A stretch of 64,000 nucleotides of DNA. Origin: Bacteroidales bacterium (GTDB lineage Bacteria > Bacteroidota > Bacteroidia > Bacteroidales > VadinHA17). How positions within the stretch are numbered: position 1 is the first letter of the stretch; each line of letters begins with the position of its first letter. The notes beneath the pieces are model-generated. The model worked only from the letters and a program-made list of their open reading frames with translations. It was not told the origin of the DNA and did not search any database. Both the position numbers and the translations under genes were made by a program. This document shows, in pieces, positions 58,571 through 64,000 of the stretch. The stretch lies in contig OY764960.1 in NCBI GenBank assembly GCA_963668715.1, positions 2,511,602-2,575,601 on the forward strand, written 5' to 3'.

Positions 58571-59590
58571 ATGAGACGGTCTGTTTATTTCATCCTGCAT
58601 GTGTCCTTATTAATATTAGCGGTGTCCTGTGTTGACAATCACTATAAGATTAAGACAAGGCCGGATATTCCGGAACCTGAGATACAAAGGCTGGAGAAAG
58701 ACCTTTTTATGACCGATCCGGCATTCCTTCCCGGTATTAAGGATAGTCTTTTATCAAAGTACGGCAATTTCATACAGTTATTTGCATATGTTATCGGTGC
58801 AGGCGATCTGGCTGACAGTATGTCATTTGACAATATGGTTTCCTTTGTTACGGATCGTGATAATTATGATGTGTTCAGAGCTGTTAATGAGAAATATCCT
58901 GATATGGATTTCTATGAAAAAGAATTCAGAAAGGCCTGGGCAAATTATAATTATTATTTTCCCGATTCATGTATCCCTGCCATGTACACCTTCATTTCCG
59001 GTTTTAATAACAGTTTAATAGTAGGTGATTCGGTACTGGGAATAGGGCTGGACAGGTATCTGGGCCCGGAGTCAGGTTATTATAGTGAGATGGGCATATA
59101 CAGGTACCTTAGTTACAAAATGTCTTCATGGAAGTTGGTTCCTGATGCCATGTACGGGTGGGCATCAGCGTGTTGTCCTTATAGTGGGGATATCTCTTCA
59201 GACGACCTCTTATCGAGAATGCTTTATGAGGGGAAATTACTTTATTTTACAAAGTGTATGCTATATGATTATCCTGATTCGGTATTATTTGGGTTTACGG
59301 CCGACCAGGTACGCTTTTGCGAAGATAATGAATCTCAGATGTGGCAGTATATTATTGAGCATGATTTGCTATATAGCACCGACCTTATGATTATAAGAAA
59401 GATGACCGGCGAGGCTCCCTTTACAGCTTATTTTACTTCCGAGTCACCTGGCCGTGCTGCTGTGTGGGTCGGCTTCAGGATAGTTGAATCCTATATGAGG
59501 AACAAACCGGATGTTGAACTGTACGAACTGATGAGGGAAGAAAATTACAGGAAAATTCTTGAAGAGGCGCGGTATAACCCGTCAAAATAA
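58571..59590 (+). CDS. gldB: Gliding motility lipoprotein GldB
   Basis: Lipoprotein signal (LLILAVSC). GldB-like segments: IQRLEKDLF, GIGLDRYLG, EDNESQMWQYIIEHDLLYS, SESPGRAAVWVGFRIVESYM. I prefer the ATG at 58571 because a TATTTTTG -7 box sits at 58537-58544, inside the track's longer ORF. Confidence 0.7.
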   Translation: MRRSVYFILHVSLLILAVSCVDNHYKIKTRPDIPEPEIQRLEKDLFMTDPAFLPGIKDSLLSKYGNFIQLFAYVIGAGDLADSMSFDNMVSFVTDRDNYDVFRAVNEKYPDMDFYEKEFRKAWANYNYYFPDSCIPAMYTFISGFNNSLIVGDSVLGIGLDRYLGPESGYYSEMGIYRYLSYKMSSWKLVPDAMYGWASACCPYSGDISSDDLLSRMLYEGKLLYFTKCMLYDYPDSVLFGFTADQVRFCEDNESQMWQYIIEHDLLYSTDLMIIRKMTGEAPFTAYFTSESPGRAAVWVGFRIVESYMRNKPDVELYELMREENYRKILEEARYNPSK

Positions 59591-59625
59591 AAGGGACTGT
59601 ATTCGTAATTTATGCAGCCCCTTTA
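59589..59625. terminator. Putative bidirectional terminator between convergent gldB and ferredoxin genes
   Basis: AAAAGGGACTG-(15-nt loop)-CAGCCCCTTT, with one mismatch, followed by ATTTAGCTTTTT on the plus strand. Confidence 0.45.
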
Positions 59626-59648
59626 TTTAGCTTTTTGACAACTTGCTT

Positions 59649-59816
59649 TTACTCGGGATGAATAGCTTCAACCGGGCATACATCTGCGCATGATCCGCAA
59701 TCAGTACAAATTTCAGGATCGATAACATAGATATCACCTTCAGAGATAGCTTCAACAGGACACTCATCTATACAGGTTCCGCAAGCAGTACAATCATCAG
59801 AAATTACGTAAGCCAT
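59649..59816 (-). CDS. 2x[4Fe-4S] ferredoxin (55 aa)
   Basis: Below the ORF-track length cutoff. Own translation: MAYVISDDCTACGTCIDECPVEAISEGDIYVIDPEICTDCGSCADVCPVEAIHPE*. It has two CxxCxxCxxxCP motifs. Confidence 0.8.
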   Translation of the reverse strand: MAYVISDDCTACGTCIDECPVEAISEGDIYVIDPEICTDCGSCADVCPVEAIHPE

Positions 59817-59856
59817 TTTAATTATTTTTAATTTTAAATTCGTGTGAATTACGCTA

Positions 59857-59864
59857 CAAAATTA
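59857..59864 (-). promoter_or_regulatory. -7 promoter box (TAATTTTG) for the ferredoxin gene
   Basis: The plus-strand CAAAATTA reads TAATTTTG on the minus strand, about 40 nt upstream of the ATG at 59816. Confidence 0.4.
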
Positions 59865-59927
59865 TCTATATTTTTTAATTACAAAAGAAATATAGAATTT
59901 TTTGGGCAAGGTTTCGGTTCGGTCATA

Positions 59928-61118
59928 TTAATAACCTTCTGCAAACCTTACTGCCAGGTAGCATATAGTTCTTATTCCTGTGATCATTGCCTTCTCATCT
60001 ATTGTGAAAGAGGGAGTATGTAAACCGTGCATTCCTTCTTTGTCGCTTCTAATTCCCAGCCGGTAGAAGACAGTAGGAAATTCACGGGAATAGAATGCAA
60101 AGTCTTCGGAGCTCATTCTCTTATCAAGCAACCTGATATTTTCCTTCCCGTTTATCATGCCGGCCAGTTCGACGGATTTCATCGTATATTCTTCGCTATT
60201 GATCAGAACGGGATAGCCGTCGGGAAGGTCAGTGTCTGTTTCAACACCGAATTCTTTACGGATACTGTCACATTCATCCGACACCATTTTTTTCAGCTGC
60301 GTTCTCAGGTTTTCATCAAAGGTTCTTATAGTACCCTGTATGTTTACAACGGAGGGTATGATATTTGTCGCGCCATCGGCAATAAACCTTCCTATAGCAA
60401 GAACAGCTTCCTTATCTTTAATAAGCCCGGGAGCTTTTTCTTTTAGCCTCGTCACCAGGGTACTCCCGGCGAGAACCTGATCGGTGCTGTGTCCCGGCAG
60501 TGCGGCATGACCGCCCAGTCCTTTTATATTAATATGTATCTCATCGCTGGAGGCCATGTATATACCACCTCTAAAACCCAGTAGTCCTGTTTCAAAGTCC
60601 GGTAATATATGCTGTGCAATAATGAGATTGATATTCATTTTCCTGAAAGCTTCTTCTTTCATCAGAAGACTTGCTCCTCCCGGCGCCAGTTCTTCCCCGG
60701 GCTGGAAGATGAATACAATCCTGCCCTGTATGTGAGGACGCAGGGCATTCAGTAGTTTAGCCGAGGCCATCAACATTGCTGTATGGGCGTCATGTCCGCA
60801 TGCGTGCATGACCCCCCTGTTCCTGCTCTCAAATTCGAGTCCCGACTTTTCTTCAATTGGCAGTGCATCCAGTTCCGATCTGAGAGCAATTGTTTTTCCG
60901 TTTCCCTGTTGCCCCTCTATCCAGGCTATAATGCCTGTCCCGCCTACTTTATCAATATAATCAATGCTGTTTTTATCAAGGAATTCGCAAATATATTTTG
61001 ACGTATTATATTCTCTGAACGATAGTTCCGGATACATATGAATATGTCTTCTTATCTTAACAGCTTCATTAATTATCTCCCGGGCGCCTTTTTTAATAAG
61101 CTCTGCAATACTATTCAT
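59928..61118 (-). CDS. M20/M20D family amidohydrolase (N-acyl-L-amino acid amidohydrolase-like)
   Basis: IRRHIHMYPELSFREYNTSKYI...MHACGHDAHTAML. The start is set at MNSIAELIKK (61118). The track's 72-codon extension overlaps the upstream gene. Confidence 0.85.
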   Translation of the reverse strand: MNSIAELIKKGAREIINEAVKIRRHIHMYPELSFREYNTSKYICEFLDKNSIDYIDKVGGTGIIAWIEGQQGNGKTIALRSELDALPIEEKSGLEFESRNRGVMHACGHDAHTAMLMASAKLLNALRPHIQGRIVFIFQPGEELAPGGASLLMKEEAFRKMNINLIIAQHILPDFETGLLGFRGGIYMASSDEIHINIKGLGGHAALPGHSTDQVLAGSTLVTRLKEKAPGLIKDKEAVLAIGRFIADGATNIIPSVVNIQGTIRTFDENLRTQLKKMVSDECDSIRKEFGVETDTDLPDGYPVLINSEEYTMKSVELAGMINGKENIRLLDKRMSSEDFAFYSREFPTVFYRLGIRSDKEGMHGLHTPSFTIDEKAMITGIRTICYLAVRFAEGY

Positions 61119-61135
61119 AAATTCAATTGATAATA

Positions 61136-64000
61136 TTAAAAATCGAGACTGAAAGAAAGGTAAAACCTCCTGGGCAGAATAATTGAGTTTTCGACACCCC
61201 ATGCCCAGTCGGCCCTGACAAAATATCCGAAAAGGTTTGCCCTCAGTCCGAATCCGAATCCGCCTACAATGGGATCCCTGTTTGTTTCCAGTATAACCTT
61301 TACCGTACCGGTCTGAATGGTTTCCGTATCCCAACTGTTATCGCTCGACCATGGGCTGGGGCCCGACCATGCTGTTCCTATATCGCCGAATGCCACAACC
61401 TGAAAGTCATTAAGTATTTTCGATTTCAATGGTCTGCCTGCAATATACCTGATAACAGGCCATCTTATTTCACTGTTTATCAGTGCAAAGTTATTTCCGT
61501 TCCTTATATTCTGACTGAAGCCTCTCATATTGGTGGCCAGCGCCTGGAAACCATAATTGGCTGCCGGATTAACAGATATTGATTCATCAAACATTGTTGT
61601 ATTAGGGGTCAGAAAACCAAGCCAGTTGTCCACGCCGCCGAGGTAATAAACCAGCTTTGTCGGGCCGAATGATGAACTGGCAGCAAACCTGTTGGCCCAT
61701 ATAAGGTCACGGTGTATTCTCAGATAGTGTCTGAAGTCAGCTCCCACCACAAACATATCCGATTTGTTTCTTTGTATATCCCTGTAATATTCGCCGAATA
61801 TTTTAAATCTTGTTCCGAAATAGATATTTGTTCCCCTGCTACGTGTGTTATCATATACTATCTGAGTTTTAAGGCCTGCCCAGTTACGGTAAATGGGCTC
61901 ACTATTAAGTGTTTGAATGTCAGTGGCAAGTGCTACGTATCTGTCGTTTCTGTAGCTAACTGTACCCTTAACTGCCAGAACAGATGTCAGAGGCCTGGTG
62001 AGTGTAAAATACAGGTTATGGCTGTGAATTTTGAAATATGCAGTATCATTGGAACTGCTCATAGCCTGCCGGTGAAAAACAAACTGTTTATCGAATTTAC
62101 CTTTCAGGCTTTCCACACTGACAAGATATTCGTTACTGTCGAAATTACCTGCAAACCTGAAGCCTCCGGTTATTTTGTAGTCTTCGAAAAGGTCGACGGC
62201 TCCTATCTGTGTAAGCATATTGAACCCCGGGTTGAAATAAGGGGCCCCTCCGCTGTAGGCCTGGTACGACTGGTTTAAAAAGCTAAAATCTATCTGGTTG
62301 GCAATATAATTATTATAGAATGAAGTCTCGTATATCCTTATAGACGGAAATTCAAACTTGCCGGTATCCAGTTCAATATCCATGTATTCTTTACGCCATT
62401 GCTGTTCGTAATAATTCTCTTTCTCCTTTTCAAAAATGTAGAAGTTAATATCAATTGGTTCATCGGTGGCGTAATACTCATAAAGGGGTTTTGTAAGAGT
62501 ATCTCTTCTTTTTCTGTCTTCTTCAATAAGCCTTTTCTTTAGTTGTTCTATGCTGTCGGTCTGGTGTAACAACAGGTTTTTTTCTTCCCTTAACTGACTG
62601 ATAACCAGTTTATTTTCGGATATAGGTTTCTGATTACCGGTTGATCCTGAATACAGGCTGTATCTCCCGTCATTATATTTTATTTCTGCAACAGAATTCC
62701 CTGATAAATCATGTTTGAGGATATTCCTGTTATAGTTTGTTACCGGGCTCGAACTCAGAAAATACCTGTAGTGTGTTGTTGTGTCTATATAACTTATGGT
62801 ACTGTCAAACCTGGCAAGGTACTTATTGAGGGTTCCATTCATATCACCAATATAATACAGCTCTCTCATACTTTTTGTTGCAGGCTGCAACCGTTCAATA
62901 TATTTCCCTTCCGACAGTCTTACGGCAACTTTATTCCCCTTGTCCGGTTCATAAGTGAAAAGGTCATATGTAAGTGATGTTTTGGCTAACGGATCAAAAG
63001 GAAGGTTAAGGGTATCGTTCAGCCTGTTGGAGCTGAATATTATCTGATTGTCTGCTCCTTTGACATACCTGGGGTTCAGGTCATCGGCAACATCCCTGGT
63101 GATCTGTTCGTTTGTCCCGGAAGCTATAGTATGTATATAAATATCGGTAAGCCCGTTCTTAACGGCCGACATAACCAGCCGGTTGCCGTTAGGGGAGTAG
63201 TCAAAGTCCAGCACTTTATCAAAATAGAGCAGATTCCTGCTCTCTGTCTTTCCACTGGTCATCTGATGAAAGTATATTCTCAGATCACCCTTTTCCTCGT
63301 TGATAAACGTAAGTATACGACCACCCGGATGCCATCCCAGAACCGGATAGGTGATATCTGTTACCTGTTCGAACCGGGGTTCGATCGAAATGATTTTTTC
63401 TTTTTTACCTGTTTCCGTATCATATACCCATATATTTTTTTTACCCCAGTTATATGTTATATAGGCTACATACCTTTCATCAGGACTGATACTTACATCC
63501 TGTATTATCTTTCTCTTTTTTGTTTCATGGATCGTTTGCGCGGGATTATCAGTCGGATCTTCATTCTCCAGGTTCTGATAATAATTCCTGTAATAGCCAT
63601 ACCATTCTTTCTGCAGATCCTTAAGTTTCATACCCAGTACATACATTAATCCGTCTTCAACGTTTTTATAGATCTTTGTAAGGTAAATAATATTGGGGAT
63701 AATGGGATCTCCGTATGTTTTTGCGATATATCTCCAGAATGACTGGCCTGCAATCACAGCATCATCGTACTCAAGGAAATTCAGCTTTTTATACCTGCCT
63801 GATAATATTCCGTCCCTGAGCCTGTTGTCTGTTTCATAGTCCCATCCGAAAGCTATATAGTTTATCAGTCCCTTTATGTACCAGTCAGGAAGCTCTATCT
63901 CGGAAGAGCCGGAAACCCTGTCTTTCCTGTCAGCGTCGTAGAGCATTTCATTTATCATAACCTCGGTTACGGATGCAGCTATCTGTCTGTCATAATCCTC
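61136..64000 (-). CDS. Large PD40/TolB-like beta-propeller protein with C-terminal outer-membrane beta-barrel; N-terminus lies outside the window
   Basis: The frame stays open from 63958 to 64000 (EDYDRQIAASVTEV upstream of the track's Met). PD40-like repeats (SPDERYVAYI, SPNGNRLVMSA). The C-terminus ends FYLSFSLDF, which is beta-barrel-like. Confidence 0.6.
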   Translation of the reverse strand, partial: EDYDRQIAASVTEVMINEMLYDADRKDRVSGSSEIELPDWYIKGLINYIAFGWDYETDNRLRDGILSGRYKKLNFLEYDDAVIAGQSFWRYIAKTYGDPIIPNIIYLTKIYKNVEDGLMYVLGMKLKDLQKEWYGYYRNYYQNLENEDPTDNPAQTIHETKKRKIIQDVSISPDERYVAYITYNWGKKNIWVYDTETGKKEKIISIEPRFEQVTDITYPVLGWHPGGRILTFINEEKGDLRIYFHQMTSGKTESRNLLYFDKVLDFDYSPNGNRLVMSAVKNGLTDIYIHTIASGTNEQITRDVADDLNPRYVKGADNQIIFSSNRLNDTLNLPFDPLAKTSLTYDLFTYEPDKGNKVAVRLSEGKYIERLQPATKSMRELYYIGDMNGTLNKYLARFDSTISYIDTTTHYRYFLSSSPVTNYNRNILKHDLSGNSVAEIKYNDGRYSLYSGSTGNQKPISENKLVISQLREEKNLLLHQTDSIEQLKKRLIEEDRKRRDTLTKPLYEYYATDEPIDINFYIFEKEKENYYEQQWRKEYMDIELDTGKFEFPSIRIYETSFYNNYIANQIDFSFLNQSYQAYSGGAPYFNPGFNMLTQIGAVDLFEDYKITGGFRFAGNFDSNEYLVSVESLKGKFDKQFVFHRQAMSSSNDTAYFKIHSHNLYFTLTRPLTSVLAVKGTVSYRNDRYVALATDIQTLNSEPIYRNWAGLKTQIVYDNTRSRGTNIYFGTRFKIFGEYYRDIQRNKSDMFVVGADFRHYLRIHRDLIWANRFAASSSFGPTKLVYYLGGVDNWLGFLTPNTTMFDESISVNPAANYGFQALATNMRGFSQNIRNGNNFALINSEIRWPVIRYIAGRPLKSKILNDFQVVAFGDIGTAWSGPSPWSSDNSWDTETIQTGTVKVILETNRDPIVGGFGFGLRANLFGYFVRADWAWGVENSIILPRRFYLSFSLDF

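Noticed and set aside
59928-61334. Long N-terminal extensions in the ORF track: the M20 amidohydrolase to 61334, the beta-propeller gene to 11602, elbB to 9987, rpmH to 25147, ispE to 33269, rsmI to 40243, gldB from 58502.
   Set aside because: The extensions overlap neighbouring genes, repeats or a promoter box, and they precede family-typical N-termini or signal peptides. I chose the internal start codons instead.
63370-63385. A GGTTCGATCG string that resembles a tRNA T-arm.
   Set aside because: It lies inside the large PD40/beta-barrel CDS with no acceptor or anticodon stem context. I recognised no tRNA in any spacer.

Overview
This is a 64-kb chromosomal window from a Bacteroidota-type genome. 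The lineage call rests on a T9SS C-terminal sorting-domain protein, GldB, the DUF4294 and DUF5686 families, a fused MurF-Alr, and TAnnTTTG -7 promoter boxes. I call about 50 protein genes, and almost all are housekeeping: gcvP, ddl, rluD, rpmH, rsmG, tgt, ispE, dnaB, rmuC, rsmI, tdk, murF-alr, nadE, pcm, thpR and others. I saw no rRNA, tRNA, CRISPR array, transposase, integrase, phage gene or recognisable defence gene. I therefore do not claim a novel protein-encoded system.

Five things are not ordinary:
1. A modular (mosaic) intergenic repeat family occupies 9 spacers, about 2.4 kb in total, including 8 of the 11 gaps longer than 200 bp. It is built from shuffled short-word modules around a conserved bulged hairpin. 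In two cases it supplies the stop codon and C-terminal tail of a gene.
2. A seven-gene co-directional cluster, acnB-icd(monomeric)-citD-citE-citF-citXG-citC, joins ATP-independent citrate lyase to the citrate/2-oxoglutarate enzymes. No adjacent citrate transporter, oxaloacetate decarboxylase or citrate synthase is present.
3. Three ATGTT-N4-AACAT palindromes occur in intergenic DNA. Two lie upstream of a Crp/Fnr-family gene, one of them abutting its -7 box. The third lies in the acnB/gldB divergent region.
4. A 113-aa ORF is an in-frame chimera of two unrelated gene fragments.
5. A 55-aa 2x[4Fe-4S] ferredoxin gene falls below the ORF-track length cutoff.

All functional calls come from motif and family recognition by eye. 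No searches were run.
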